This document shows positions 1 to 9,211 of a stretch of 64,000 nucleotides of DNA, in pieces. The position numbers and the translations under genes were made by a program. The DNA comes from Bacteroidales bacterium. Its GTDB lineage: Bacteria; Bacteroidota; Bacteroidia; Bacteroidales; UBA4417. Position 1 is the first letter of the stretch. Each line of letters begins with the position of its first letter. The notes under the pieces are model-generated. The model had not been told where the DNA came from and made no database searches. It saw only the letters and a list, made by a program, of their open reading frames with translations. Where the stretch lies: assembly GCA_038249705.1 (NCBI GenBank), contig JBBSDC010000002.1:1442-65441 (forward strand), read 5' to 3'.

Positions 1-383
1 TGGTGATCGAGTGCGGAAACTATAATTTCGTCGCCGGCATTCAGAAATGTTTCACAAAACGACCAGGCCACCAGGTTTATGGCTTCGGTTGCTCCGCGAG
101 TAAATATGATTTCGGTCGGACTTCCCGCATTAACAAAAGCCGCAAGCTGTTTCCTCACATCTTCGAATGCTCCGGTTGCTTGCTGGCTCAGGTAATGTAC
201 TCCACGGTGTACATTCGCATTGTCTTTCCGGTAATAATTACTGATAGCGTCAATTACACTATTGGGCTTCTGCGTGGTAGCAGCATTATCAAGATAAACC
301 AACGGCTTACCATAAATACTGCGCGATAAAATCGGGAAATCGTCCCTGACAGACTGGATTTTAGTTGCTGAAAGTTCTATCAT
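1..383 (-). CDS. sufS: Cysteine desulfurase SufS, N-terminal part (gene runs off the left edge)
   Basis: Reverse-strand translation from the ATG (complement of 381-383) reads MIELSATKIQSVRDDFPILSRSIYGKPLVYLDNAATTQKPNSVIDAISNYYRKDNANVHRGVHYLSQQATGAFEDVRKQLAAFVNAGSPTEIIFTRGATEAINLVAWSF. This is a typical SufS/class-V aminotransferase N-terminus. It lies 12 nt downstream of sufD. It is absent from the ORF track because it has no stop in the window. Confidence 0.85.
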   Translation of the reverse strand, partial: MIELSATKIQSVRDDFPILSRSIYGKPLVYLDNAATTQKPNSVIDAISNYYRKDNANVHRGVHYLSQQATGAFEDVRKQLAAFVNAGSPTEIIFTRGATEAINLVAWSFCETFLNAGDEIIVSALDH

Positions 384-395
384 TTCGGTCAGTAA

Positions 396-1817
396 TCAGA
401 TTTTTGAGAGGTCAATTTTAAATTCAGTCTTTTGATGCTCATGGGTGCTGCAGTTCAATACACATTGTTCGCATTGCGAAAGTTCACCCCGCAGGCGTTT
501 CTTAACCATATCGTCCATGCGCTGACGCAATTCCGGAATAGAAATTTTGTTAATTACCTCGGCAGCAAAAGCATACATCAGTAATATTTTTGCATTTGAT
601 TGGCTGATACCGCGCGAACGGATATAGAATAATGCCTCAGCATCAAGTTGCCCGATTGTTGCTCCGTGACTGCATTTTACATCATCGGCATATATTTCGA
701 GAAACGGTTTGGTATCAATGCTGGCTTTATCGGAAAGTAGTATATTCCTATTGGTTTGAAATGCATTGGTTTTTTGCGCATCGCGGTGAACCTTGATATG
801 ACCGTTGAAAACACCGCTTGCATGATCATCGAGTACTCCTTTGAAAAGCTCACGGCTTTCGCACTCAGGAGCTGCATGATTGATATAAACCTGGTTGTCG
901 ACATGCTGATAGCGATCCATCAGGTACAGTCCATAAATTTCGGAACTGCTGTGGCTTCCGCTCATGGTAACATGCGAAAGATTGCGAATCAAACCGCCAT
1001 TCAGACTTATGGCATTGGTTGACAAACTGCTTCCTTCATCCTGATGAAAGAACATACTGTTGATTAAAGTCGTATGATCGTCCTTGTTTTGAAGTTTATA
1101 ATGATCGAGAGTTGAGTTGCGCCCGATTTTTACTTCTGTAACAGTATTGATAAAGGTAACATCGTGGTTAATGGAATCGTCGCATTGCACCAGGCGCAGG
1201 TGACTATTTTCGCCCAGAATGACAAGATTTCGTGTATTAAGAAAAAGGTTTTGCTTAAAATCAGTGATGTTTACCATTTGAATATTTTGTTCAACGGTAA
1301 CATTATCAGGCACATAAATAAATATCCCATCCTGCGACATAGCTGTATTCAAAGCGGTGAGGCCTTCGGCATTATCGTCAGCATATTTTCCATAATGCGC
1401 TTCGATAAGTTGAGGATATTTGGTGAAAGCGGTTGCAAGACTACAGATAACCAGTCCATTAGGGAAAACCTGTACCAGATTATTCCTGTCGGCATACCAG
1501 CCATTTAGCTGAGTTACAAGCTGTGTTTCGAAATGTGGAACATCGCATTTGAATATTTTATCAATATCAAGATCTTCTGACGGTGGCTCGGTAAGTGAAT
1601 GATATTCGTGGTTGAGTGCCCTCGACAAGTCAGTACCACGCCAGCGTTCAAGAGCGGCATGAGGGAAACCGGTTTTAATGAACAACTCAAATGCTTTTGC
1701 ACGTTTCTGAGCTACGAAAGAAGTATCGTTACGGGTTATTTCGGGCTGGTTATCAGCAAAAACACCTTTCAGGTACTCTTTGAGATCGTATATAGTTTGA
1801 ACTATTCCTGAATCCAT
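396..1817 (-). CDS. sufD: Fe-S cluster assembly protein SufD (473 aa) with a Cys/His-rich C-terminal tail
   Basis: SufB/SufD-family core (GVFNGHIKVHRDAQKTNAFQTNRNILLSDKASIDTKPFLEIYADDVKCSHGATIGQLD). It sits between sufC and sufS, with the ATG at complement 1815-1817. Confidence 0.9.
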   Translation of the reverse strand: MDSGIVQTIYDLKEYLKGVFADNQPEITRNDTSFVAQKRAKAFELFIKTGFPHAALERWRGTDLSRALNHEYHSLTEPPSEDLDIDKIFKCDVPHFETQLVTQLNGWYADRNNLVQVFPNGLVICSLATAFTKYPQLIEAHYGKYADDNAEGLTALNTAMSQDGIFIYVPDNVTVEQNIQMVNITDFKQNLFLNTRNLVILGENSHLRLVQCDDSINHDVTFINTVTEVKIGRNSTLDHYKLQNKDDHTTLINSMFFHQDEGSSLSTNAISLNGGLIRNLSHVTMSGSHSSSEIYGLYLMDRYQHVDNQVYINHAAPECESRELFKGVLDDHASGVFNGHIKVHRDAQKTNAFQTNRNILLSDKASIDTKPFLEIYADDVKCSHGATIGQLDAEALFYIRSRGISQSNAKILLMYAFAAEVINKISIPELRQRMDDMVKKRLRGELSQCEQCVLNCSTHEHQKTEFKIDLSKI

Positions 1818-1846
1818 AAGTAATTTCTGTTTTATTTTTCCTGTTA

Positions 1847-2593
1847 TCAGGATTCATTTCTAATCCATTCGTACCCTTTTTCCTCCAGCTGCAAAGCAAG
1901 CTCTTTACCACCTGATTTTACAATCCGGCCATCAAAAAGCACATGAACCACATCGGGTACAATATATTCGAGCAATCGCTGGTAGTGTGTAATAACAACA
2001 GTTGCATTATCGGGACGACGGAGTTTATTAACACCGGTAGCCACAATACGGAGCGCATCAATATCAAGCCCCGAGTCGGTTTCGTCGAGTATTGCCAACG
2101 AAGGTTCGAGCATTGCCATTTGAAAAATTTCGTTCTTTTTCTTTTCGCCACCCGAAAAACCTTCGTTTACTGAACGGCTGGCCAGTTTTTCCTGTAGTTC
2201 GAGCAATTTCTTTTTCTCCTCCATGCGGGCAAGGAATTCGGTGGCAGGCACAGGATCGAGACCCCGATACTTGCGCTGCTCGTTAATTGCTGTGCGCAGA
2301 AAATTTGTTATTGACACTCCGGGGATTTCCACCGGGTACTGAAACCCTAAAAAGAGTCCTTCGCAGGCACGCTCTTCGGCTGATAAGTCCATTATGTTGC
2401 GTCCTTTAAAAATAATTTCGCCTTCGGTAATATCGTAACCTTCGCGACCGGCAATAACATAAGCCAAAGTACTTTTACCGGTGCCGTTTGGACCCATTAT
2501 AGCGTGAACCTCTCCTGCTTTTACTTCGAGGTCGATTCCTTTTAAAATTTCTTTTCCGTTGATGGAAACTCTCAGATTCCTGATACTTAACAT
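1847..2593 (-). CDS. sufC: Fe-S cluster assembly ATPase SufC
   Basis: Walker A GPNGTGKST, ABC signature FSGGEKKK and Walker B LAILDETDSGLD are present. The 248-aa size and the suf context fit. Confidence 0.95.
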   Translation of the reverse strand: MLSIRNLRVSINGKEILKGIDLEVKAGEVHAIMGPNGTGKSTLAYVIAGREGYDITEGEIIFKGRNIMDLSAEERACEGLFLGFQYPVEIPGVSITNFLRTAINEQRKYRGLDPVPATEFLARMEEKKKLLELQEKLASRSVNEGFSGGEKKKNEIFQMAMLEPSLAILDETDSGLDIDALRIVATGVNKLRRPDNATVVITHYQRLLEYIVPDVVHVLFDGRIVKSGGKELALQLEEKGYEWIRNES

Positions 2594-2625
2594 ATTGTGG
2601 TTATTCTTTGAAAATTTATTTTTAA

Positions 2626-2743
2626 GGGTTTAGGGGTTCGGTTTTAGGGTTTAGGGGTTCCCAATTTAATATATTTCAGGGGTTCGCCCTTCTTATTGTC
2701 TCCTTGTCTCTTTTCTCATTGTCGCCCCTCGCCCCTCGCCCTT
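2626..2743 (-). repeat. Bipartite G-tract/C-tract intergenic element, copy A (sufB-sufC spacer)
   Basis: In transcript (minus) sense: GGGCGAGGGGCGAGGGGCGA, then a 64-nt spacer, then CCCCTAAACCCTAAAACCGAACCCCTAAACCC. The C-rich block matches copy B at 26 of 29 positions and the G-rich block shares the GGGCGA(N)GGGCGA..GGGGCGA pattern. Confidence 0.7.
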
Positions 2744-2772
2744 CATTTTATGATTTCGGGAAACTCTGACAA

Positions 2773-4221
2773 TTATCCAACACTTCCTTCTAAACTAATG
2801 GCCAGTAATTTTTGCGCTTCTACAGCAAATTCCATGGGTAAATGCATCAGAACTTCTTTGGCATACCCATTTACAATCAGGCCTATAGCACTTTCGGAAC
2901 TTATCCCCCGTTGCTTGCAGTAAAACAATTGATCATCCGAAATTTTAGAAGTGGTAGCTTCGTGTTCGATGATGGATGAATGGTTTTCGGCTTTGATATA
3001 AGGATACGTGTGAGCACCGCATTTATCGCCCAGAAGCAATGAATCGCATTGAGAGAAATTACGTGCATTTTCGGCTCGTTTTATCACTTTTACCAGTCCA
3101 CGGTAACTGTTGTTGCTTTGTCCGGCCGAAATGCCTTTTGAAATAATAGTGCTTTTGGTATTTTTTCCAAGATGAATCATTTTCGATCCGGTATCAGCCT
3201 GCTGGAAGTTGTTGGTAACAGCCACCGAATAAAACTCGCCTATCGAATTATCGCCCATCAATACAACACTTGGATATTTCCATGTAATGGCCGAACCAGT
3301 TTCTACCTGTGTCCACGATATTTTCGAATGACTTCCTTTACAGATACCACGTTTGGTAACAAAATTGAAAATGCCACCTTCCCCTTTTTTGTTGCCCGGA
3401 TACCAGTTTTGTACTGTGCTGTATTTTACTTCGGCATCTTTCATTGCAACAATTTCGACAATAGCTGCATGAAGCTGGTTTTCGTCGCGCATCGGAGCAG
3501 TGCAGCCTTCCATATAACTCACATAAGCGCCTTCGTCGGCAATTATCAAAGTACGTTCGAACTGGCCGGTGTTAGCCGCGTTAATACGGAAATAGGTCGA
3601 AAGTTCAACCGGGCAACGCACTCCTTTGGGAATAAAGCAGAAAGAACCATCGCTGAAAACAGCTGAATTAAGCGCTGCAAAGTAATTATCATTACTGGGC
3701 ACCACGCTTCCCATATATTGTTTTACCAGGTCGGGGTGGTTTTGAACCGCATCGCTGAACGAGCAGAATATTACACCATATTTTGCAAGAGTATCAGTAA
3801 AAGTGGTTTTTACCGAAACGCTGTCGATAACAGCATCAACAGCCACACCACTAAGTTTTTTCTGTTCTTCGAGCGATATTCCAAGCTTCTTGAAAGTTTC
3901 AATCAACTCAGGATCAACTTCATCAAGACTTTTTAGTTCTTTCTTCCTTTTCGGTGCTGCATAATATATGATATCCTGGTATTTTATTGGCGGATGATGA
4001 ATATGTGCCCAGGTTGGTTCAGTAAGCGTAAGCCAGTGGCGGTATGCACTCAGCCTAAACTCAAGCATCCATTCGGGTTCATTTTTTTTAGCCGAAATAA
4101 AGCGCACAGTATCCTCATTCAGCCCTACAGGAGCTGTATCCATCTCAATGTCGGTAAAAAAGCCGTATTTGTATTCACCGCTGGTTACCTCTTCAAGTAT
4201 ATTGTTCTGATCTTTTTCCAT
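2773..4221 (-). CDS. sufB: Fe-S cluster assembly scaffold SufB
   Basis: A 482-aa protein whose N-terminus ([11 protein letters not shown]) and C-terminal half ([19 protein letters not shown] ... [18 protein letters not shown] ... [23 protein letters not shown]) are characteristic of SufB. It is the first gene of the sufBCDS order. Confidence 0.95.
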   Translation of the reverse strand: MEKDQNNILEEVTSGEYKYGFFTDIEMDTAPVGLNEDTVRFISAKKNEPEWMLEFRLSAYRHWLTLTEPTWAHIHHPPIKYQDIIYYAAPKRKKELKSLDEVDPELIETFKKLGISLEEQKKLSGVAVDAVIDSVSVKTTFTDTLAKYGVIFCSFSDAVQNHPDLVKQYMGSVVPSNDNYFAALNSAVFSDGSFCFIPKGVRCPVELSTYFRINAANTGQFERTLIIADEGAYVSYMEGCTAPMRDENQLHAAIVEIVAMKDAEVKYSTVQNWYPGNKKGEGGIFNFVTKRGICKGSHSKISWTQVETGSAITWKYPSVVLMGDNSIGEFYSVAVTNNFQQADTGSKMIHLGKNTKSTIISKGISAGQSNNSYRGLVKVIKRAENARNFSQCDSLLLGDKCGAHTYPYIKAENHSSIIEHEATTSKISDDQLFYCKQRGISSESAIGLIVNGYAKEVLMHLPMEFAVEAQKLLAISLEGSVG

Positions 4222-4275
4222 TTTGTAGTGGTGTTCAGGCTCTTATTTATCTTTGGTTTAAATAAATTTAGCAGG

Positions 4276-4283
4276 CAAAGTTA
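4276..4283 (-). promoter_or_regulatory. Putative Bacteroidota -7 promoter box (TAACTTTG) for the suf operon
   Basis: The plus strand reads caaagtta, so the minus strand reads TAACTTTG, an exact match to TAnnTTTG. It lies 55 nt upstream of the sufB ATG. Confidence 0.45.
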
Positions 4284-4408
4284 GTAATAATAAAAGTATT
4301 GTAATACTTCAATTGCCTGTTCTTTGCTTAAAAAAACAAGCAGAATTATGATTTGTTTTATAATTTAGGAAAATGAATACCGAATTCATAAATCAATGTT
4401 TATAACGC

Positions 4409-4549
4409 AGGCACGGACAATACGGAGAACTCTTCATATATAATTTAACCAGCAACACTCATTGCCTTAAATATTAAAATCTGACAGGGAAAGAAAAAGA
4501 ATATGCGAATGATCAAAAAAATCCCTGAGCCTCGGTATTCTCCGTGCCT
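4409..4549. repeat. Inverted-repeat-bounded ~140-bp intergenic element
   Basis: Arm 1 is AGGCACGGACAATACGGAGA (4409-4428). Arm 2 is CTCGGTATTCTCCGTGCCT (4531-4549), whose reverse complement is AGGCACGGAGAATACCGAG. The first 15 positions agree at 14, with weaker agreement beyond that. A nested CAGGGA (4485-4490) / TCCCTG (4522-4527) pair lies inside. Confidence 0.5.
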
Positions 4550-4569
4550 CCATGGTCAACAAAAAATCT

Positions 4570-4577
4570 TAATTTTG
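4570..4577 (+). promoter_or_regulatory. Putative -7 promoter box (TAATTTTG) for thiL
   Basis: Exact TAnnTTTG match 17 nt before the ATG at 4595. It lies inside the longer ORF-track reading frame that starts at 4544, which argues for the 4595 start. Confidence 0.45.
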
Positions 4578-4594
4578 CCAAAAATAAATTCTTC

Positions 4595-5647
4595 ATGATC
4601 GAACCAACACAGGCAAAACGCACTGAACTTTCCGCATTAGGCGAATTCGGACTTATAAAACACCTTACCGATTCATTTATTAACGAACAGCCATCGACCA
4701 TAAAAGGTATCGGCGACGATGCAGCCGTTATTGACTATGGGGATAAAGTAACACTTGTTTCCACCGATTTGCTTGTCGAAGGAGTCCATTTCGACTTGTC
4801 GTATATGCCTCTCAGGCATCTGGGATATAAATGTGCTGCCGTAAATTTTTCGGATATTGCGGCCATGAATGGTACACCAAGGCAACTGTTTGTAGGGTTA
4901 TCGGTAAGCAATCGCTTTCCTGTTGAAGCGCTGGACGAAATTTATGAAGGAATCAGACTGGCCTGCAAGCGGTATCATGTTGACCTGGCAGGTGGTGATA
5001 CAACATCTTCAATTCACGGCTTATTTTTATCATTAACTGTTATAGGTGATGCTGATAAACAGGATGTTGTGTACAGAAGTACAGCCAAAGAAAATGATCT
5101 GATATGCGTAAGCGGCGACCTGGGCAGCGCTTATATGGGCCTTTTGCTGCTCGAACGCGAAAAGAAAGTGTACGAAGCTAATCCTGATATGCAACCCGAA
5201 TTATCGGGATACGATTACATACTCGAACGCCAGCTGAAACCTGAGCCCAGAACCGACATTATCGAATTACTGAAAAAAGCAGGTGTAAAGCCTACTTCCA
5301 TGATTGATATCTCCGATGGTCTTGCATCTGAGGTTTTGCATCTTTGCGAAGATTCAGGCTTAGGTTGCAGGATTTTTGAAGACAAAATCCCACTGGATGC
5401 CATGACTATTACTGCTGCCGAAGAGTTTAACATTCAGCCGGTTACCGCTGCCATGAACGGAGGCGAAGATTATGAGCTGCTGTTTACCATCAATATGAAT
5501 GATTTCGAAAAAGTACGAGCCATCGAAGGTATCAGCATCATTGGCCATATGACCGAACCAAATGCCGGTACTTTCCTTGCCAGCAACAACGGGCCTCTTA
5601 TTAAAATAGAAGCATTAGGTTGGAACCATATGCAGGATACGCAGTAA
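4595..5647 (+). CDS. thiL: Thiamine-monophosphate kinase ThiL
   Basis: AIR-synthase-related fold motifs are present: GEFGLIKHL, IGDDAAVI, STDLLVEGVHFDL, NFSDIAAMNG, LAGGDTTSS. The start is moved from GTG 4544 to ATG 4595 (MIEPTQ...) because of the promoter box. Confidence 0.85.
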   Translation: MIEPTQAKRTELSALGEFGLIKHLTDSFINEQPSTIKGIGDDAAVIDYGDKVTLVSTDLLVEGVHFDLSYMPLRHLGYKCAAVNFSDIAAMNGTPRQLFVGLSVSNRFPVEALDEIYEGIRLACKRYHVDLAGGDTTSSIHGLFLSLTVIGDADKQDVVYRSTAKENDLICVSGDLGSAYMGLLLLEREKKVYEANPDMQPELSGYDYILERQLKPEPRTDIIELLKKAGVKPTSMIDISDGLASEVLHLCEDSGLGCRIFEDKIPLDAMTITAAEEFNIQPVTAAMNGGEDYELLFTINMNDFEKVRAIEGISIIGHMTEPNAGTFLASNNGPLIKIEALGWNHMQDTQ

Positions 5648-5674
5648 AAGAAAACAGTATTGGAGTATTAGAAT

Positions 5675-5804
5675 GGGCGAAGGGCGACAAGCCGAGGGGC
5701 GATATGAAACACTTGGCCATTACACATGAGACTGAGAGCTAATAAAAGCTATACTTTGATTCCCTAAACCCTAAAAGCTAACCCCTAAAACCTAAACCCT
5801 AACC
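5675..5804 (+). repeat. Bipartite G-tract/C-tract intergenic element, copy B (thiL-uvrC spacer)
   Basis: GGGCGAAGGGCGAcaagccgaGGGGCGA, then a 59-nt spacer, then TCCCTAAACCCTAAAAGCTAACCCCTAAAACCTAAACCCTAACC. It ends on the base before the uvrC TTG start and has the same orientation relative to transcription as copy A. Confidence 0.7.
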
Positions 5805-7613
5805 TTGTCCATACGTCCCATCCATATCGAAAACATAATACGCGAGCTGCCCGACAGTCCCGGGGTTTATCAGTATTACGATAAGGATGGTAAAATACTT
5901 TACGTCGGTAAGGCAAAAAACCTCAAAAAAAGGGTTTCGTCCTATTTCAGACGCGATGAATCATTATTAGGGAAAGTAAGAATTCTTGTACAGAAAATAG
6001 TTGATATTCAAATCGTTGTAGTTGATACTGAGCTGGATGCCTTACTTCTCGAAAATAACCTGATAAAGAAGTATCAGCCACGTTACAACGTGATGCTTAA
6101 GGATGATAAAACCTATCCATGGATATGCATTAAAAAGGAACCTTTCCCCCGCATATTCCCTACACGAAACCGGATCAATGATGGATCGGATTATTTCGGG
6201 CCGTATGCTTCGGGTAAAATGATGCATACACTTCTCGACTTAATCCGGCAGCTATTCCAGATACGTACATGCAGCCTAAACCTGAGCGCTGCAAATATTC
6301 GTACCGGCAAATATAAAGTGTGCCTCGAATACCATATCAATAATTGCCTGGGTCCATGCGAAAATCTTCAGACAGAAGAGGATTATGGTAAATCGCTTAC
6401 GGAAATACGGAACATTCTTAAAGGAAATATTTCAGCCGTTCGCCAGCACCTGGCAGGTATGATGAAAGAATATGCTGATACGTATCAATTTGAAAAAGCG
6501 CATGTTGTGAAGGAAAAAATTGTACTTCTCGACCGATACCAGAGTAAATCGACCATTGTAAGTCCAAGCATTCACAATGTGGATGTTTTCTCGTATGTGG
6601 ATGAACCAACAGCCGCATATATCAATTTCATGAAAGTGATAAGTGGCAGCATCATACAGGCACATACCGTTGAAATACGAAAAAAGCTTGACGAATCGCC
6701 CGAAGAACTGCTATTGCTTGCTATTACCGAACTCCGCGAGCGTTTCGATTCGGATTCGCCCGAAATTATTGTTCCTTTTAAACCTGATGTTGAATTTCCG
6801 GGTGTAACTTATACAACGCCTTTGCGTGGCGAAAAGAAAAGTCTTCTGGAACTGTCCGAGCGTAATGCTAAATATTATCAGCTAGAAAAGCATAAACAAC
6901 TTGAACATGTTGATCCTGAGCGTCACACAAATCGCATCATGGAACAAATGAAAGTTGATCTCCGACTTAAAGAACACCCGGTACGTATTGATTGTTTCGA
7001 TAATTCAAATATCCAAGGATCGTATCCGGTAGCTGCAATGGTAGTGTTTATCAAAGGCAAACCCGACAAAAAGGAATACCGCCATTTCAATATTAAAACG
7101 GTAGAAGGGCCAAACGATTTTGCATCGATGGAAGAAGTAATTTACCGCCGTTACAAGCGCGTTATTGATGAAGACCTACCACTGCCCCAGTTAATCATAG
7201 TTGACGGTGGAAAAGGTCAGCTTAGTTCGGCTATGGAAAGTATCAACAAATTAGGTTTACACGGAAAAGTTGCAGTAATCGGAATTGCCAAGAAGCTGGA
7301 GGAAATTTACTATCCCGGCGATTCGCTTCCTTTGTATATCGATAAAAAATCGGAGACATTGCGTATCATCCAGCAATTGCGCGACGAAGCACACCGTTTT
7401 GGAATAACGCATCACCGCAAGCGCCGCGAAAAAGGAACTATTAAAACCGAACTTACCGAAATTCAGGGAGTCGGGGAAAATACTTCCACATTACTTTTGC
7501 GTAAATTTCGGTCGGTAAAAGCTATTAAAGAGGCTTCAATAAACGATTTGCAAAAAGCAGCCGGGTTGGCCAAGGGTAAAATAGTGTTTGATTATTTTCA
7601 CCCAAAAGCATAG
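5805..7613 (+). CDS. uvrC: Excinuclease ABC subunit C (UvrC)
   Basis: A GIY-YIG N-terminus (PGVYQYYDKDGKILYVGKAKNLKKRV), a UvrBC domain and a C-terminal RNase-H-like plus HhH region are present. The TTG start at 5805 is the only start candidate in the open frame, which opens at 5796. Confidence 0.9.
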   Translation: MSIRPIHIENIIRELPDSPGVYQYYDKDGKILYVGKAKNLKKRVSSYFRRDESLLGKVRILVQKIVDIQIVVVDTELDALLLENNLIKKYQPRYNVMLKDDKTYPWICIKKEPFPRIFPTRNRINDGSDYFGPYASGKMMHTLLDLIRQLFQIRTCSLNLSAANIRTGKYKVCLEYHINNCLGPCENLQTEEDYGKSLTEIRNILKGNISAVRQHLAGMMKEYADTYQFEKAHVVKEKIVLLDRYQSKSTIVSPSIHNVDVFSYVDEPTAAYINFMKVISGSIIQAHTVEIRKKLDESPEELLLLAITELRERFDSDSPEIIVPFKPDVEFPGVTYTTPLRGEKKSLLELSERNAKYYQLEKHKQLEHVDPERHTNRIMEQMKVDLRLKEHPVRIDCFDNSNIQGSYPVAAMVVFIKGKPDKKEYRHFNIKTVEGPNDFASMEEVIYRRYKRVIDEDLPLPQLIIVDGGKGQLSSAMESINKLGLHGKVAVIGIAKKLEEIYYPGDSLPLYIDKKSETLRIIQQLRDEAHRFGITHHRKRREKGTIKTELTEIQGVGENTSTLLLRKFRSVKAIKEASINDLQKAAGLAKGKIVFDYFHPKA

Positions 7614-7638
7614 TGATTCCGAAAAGTGAATCACTTTT
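7612..7638 (+). terminator. Rho-independent terminator of uvrC
   Basis: Stem AGTGATTC (7612-7619) / GAATCACT (7628-7635), 8-nt loop, then TTTT. The left arm overlaps the uvrC stop codon. Confidence 0.6.
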
Positions 7639-7682
7639 CCCGGCAAATATTGCAGCACTATCAGGATTCTCTCTTTTATTTC

Positions 7683-7723
7683 AAAAAAAGATAAAGCAAC
7701 TACCTGGTTGTAGCTGCTTTATC
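7683..7723 (-). terminator. Rho-independent terminator of the permease operon
   Basis: 14-bp stem with one mismatch (GATAAAGCAACTAC 7690-7703 / GTAGCTGCTTTATC 7710-7723) and a 6-nt loop. A run of 7 A on the plus strand (7683-7689) gives U7 on the minus transcript. Confidence 0.65.
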
Positions 7724-7804
7724 TCAATCTACTATTTAATTGATTGTTACTTTATCTCGCTGATTTAGCAAGTGAAAATATGTTTTTCGAAAGAATTTAA
7801 CCAC

Positions 7805-9193
7805 TTATTTAGGCAAAACTGTGAATTTCAGAATAAAGAGTAGTGCGAGCACCCAAACTAAAGGATGAACTTCTCTTGCTTTTCCGGTTGCAGTTTTCAG
7901 GATTGGGAAAAAGATAAGACCTGCAGCAATACCAGTTGCAATGCTGTATGTAAATGGCATCAGAATTATAACAGCAAATGCAGGAAGAGCTTCTGTAATG
8001 TCAGAAAAATCAATTTTAGATACTTGTGACATCATAAATATACCAACTATTATTAAAGCCGGTGCTGTAGCAGAAGCGGGAACGATACCTGCAATTGGTG
8101 CAAATATAATGGCAACCAAAAACAAAATACCGGTTACCAGAGAAGTTAAACCTGTTCTTCCTCCTTCAGCGATACCGGCACTACTTTCAACATAAGTTGT
8201 AACTGTGGATGAACCCAGGCATGATCCAACTGATGTTGCAACAGCGTCAGCCATCATAGCTTTTTTCATGTTTGGCACATTGCCATCCTTATCAAGCATT
8301 CCTGCGCCTTCTGCTGTTCCAACAAGTGTACCTATAGTATCAAACATATCAACAAGAGTAAATGAAATAATTACAGCAATTGCTGTAAAAATTGATGATA
8401 CAAGTGATGTTGAGCCATTTACATTTGCCAATGCACCAAAATCAAATTTGAATAATGTAGGCGAAAGTGAAATATTCCAGGCAGCCAAATCGTGAGGGAT
8501 AGAAGTCATTTTTAATGGAAAAGCAAGTAAAGTGCTTATTACAATACCAATTAAAATAGAGCCTCGTACTTTAAATTTATATAGAATTCCTGTAACAAGC
8601 AGGCCAAAAATGGCAATAGTTGCGCCCCTTGCAGCCATAGCTTCGGCAGTTAATTTGCCGGCATCAAAAGCATTCCATTTGCTAAAATCAACTAAAGCCA
8701 CAAAAGTTGCAGGGTTATCGACAATAAGGCCAGCATTTTTGCATCCAATCAAAGCGATAAATAAGCCGATTCCTACCGATATGGCCAGTTTAATATTTCG
8801 AGGAATGGCTTTAACGATTACTTCTCTAAGGCCAAAAAGTGTAATCAGGATAAAAATAATACCTGAGATAAACACAGCTGACAATGCTCCACCAAAACCA
8901 ACAAGCGGAACAATTGAGAATGCAAAAAAAGCATTAAGGCCCATGCCAGGCGCTTGAGCGAAAGGAAGCTTTGCATAAAGAGCCATCATAAGTGTACCGA
9001 TAGCAGCCGCTACACAAGTGGCAACTGTTAAACTGCCGAACAATTCAGAACCTGCTGTTATGCTAAGTATACTTGGGTTAACAAAGATTATATATGCCAT
9101 TGTAACAAAAGTAGTTACCCCTGCCAGCACCTCTGTTCGGATAGTAGTATTATTAGCTTTAAGACTAAAAAACTTTTCTATTTTGTTTTTCAT
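7805..9193 (-). CDS. NCS2-family purine (adenine/guanine/hypoxanthine, AzgA-type) permease
   Basis: A 462-aa polytopic membrane protein. The N-terminus FFSLKANNTTIRTEVLAGVTTFVTMAYIIFVNPSIL and the motif GMGLNAFFAF are typical of AzgA/PurP-type NCS2 permeases. Confidence 0.85.
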   Translation of the reverse strand: MKNKIEKFFSLKANNTTIRTEVLAGVTTFVTMAYIIFVNPSILSITAGSELFGSLTVATCVAAAIGTLMMALYAKLPFAQAPGMGLNAFFAFSIVPLVGFGGALSAVFISGIIFILITLFGLREVIVKAIPRNIKLAISVGIGLFIALIGCKNAGLIVDNPATFVALVDFSKWNAFDAGKLTAEAMAARGATIAIFGLLVTGILYKFKVRGSILIGIVISTLLAFPLKMTSIPHDLAAWNISLSPTLFKFDFGALANVNGSTSLVSSIFTAIAVIISFTLVDMFDTIGTLVGTAEGAGMLDKDGNVPNMKKAMMADAVATSVGSCLGSSTVTTYVESSAGIAEGGRTGLTSLVTGILFLVAIIFAPIAGIVPASATAPALIIVGIFMMSQVSKIDFSDITEALPAFAVIILMPFTYSIATGIAAGLIFFPILKTATGKAREVHPLVWVLALLFILKFTVLPK

Positions 9194-9211
9194 GTTTCTA
9201 AAGGTTTGGGA

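Noticed and set aside
3-329. 108-aa plus-strand ORF at the left edge
   Set aside because: It is the antisense shadow of sufS. The minus strand translates into a textbook cysteine desulfurase N-terminus, whereas the plus-strand product has no recognisable features.
5758-5804. CCCTAAA repeats as a genuine telomere or eukaryotic (plant) contamination
   Set aside because: There are only 2-3 imperfect units, flanked on both sides by bacterial genes (thiL, uvrC). The same motif recurs inside the suf operon as part of a larger bacterial repeat element.
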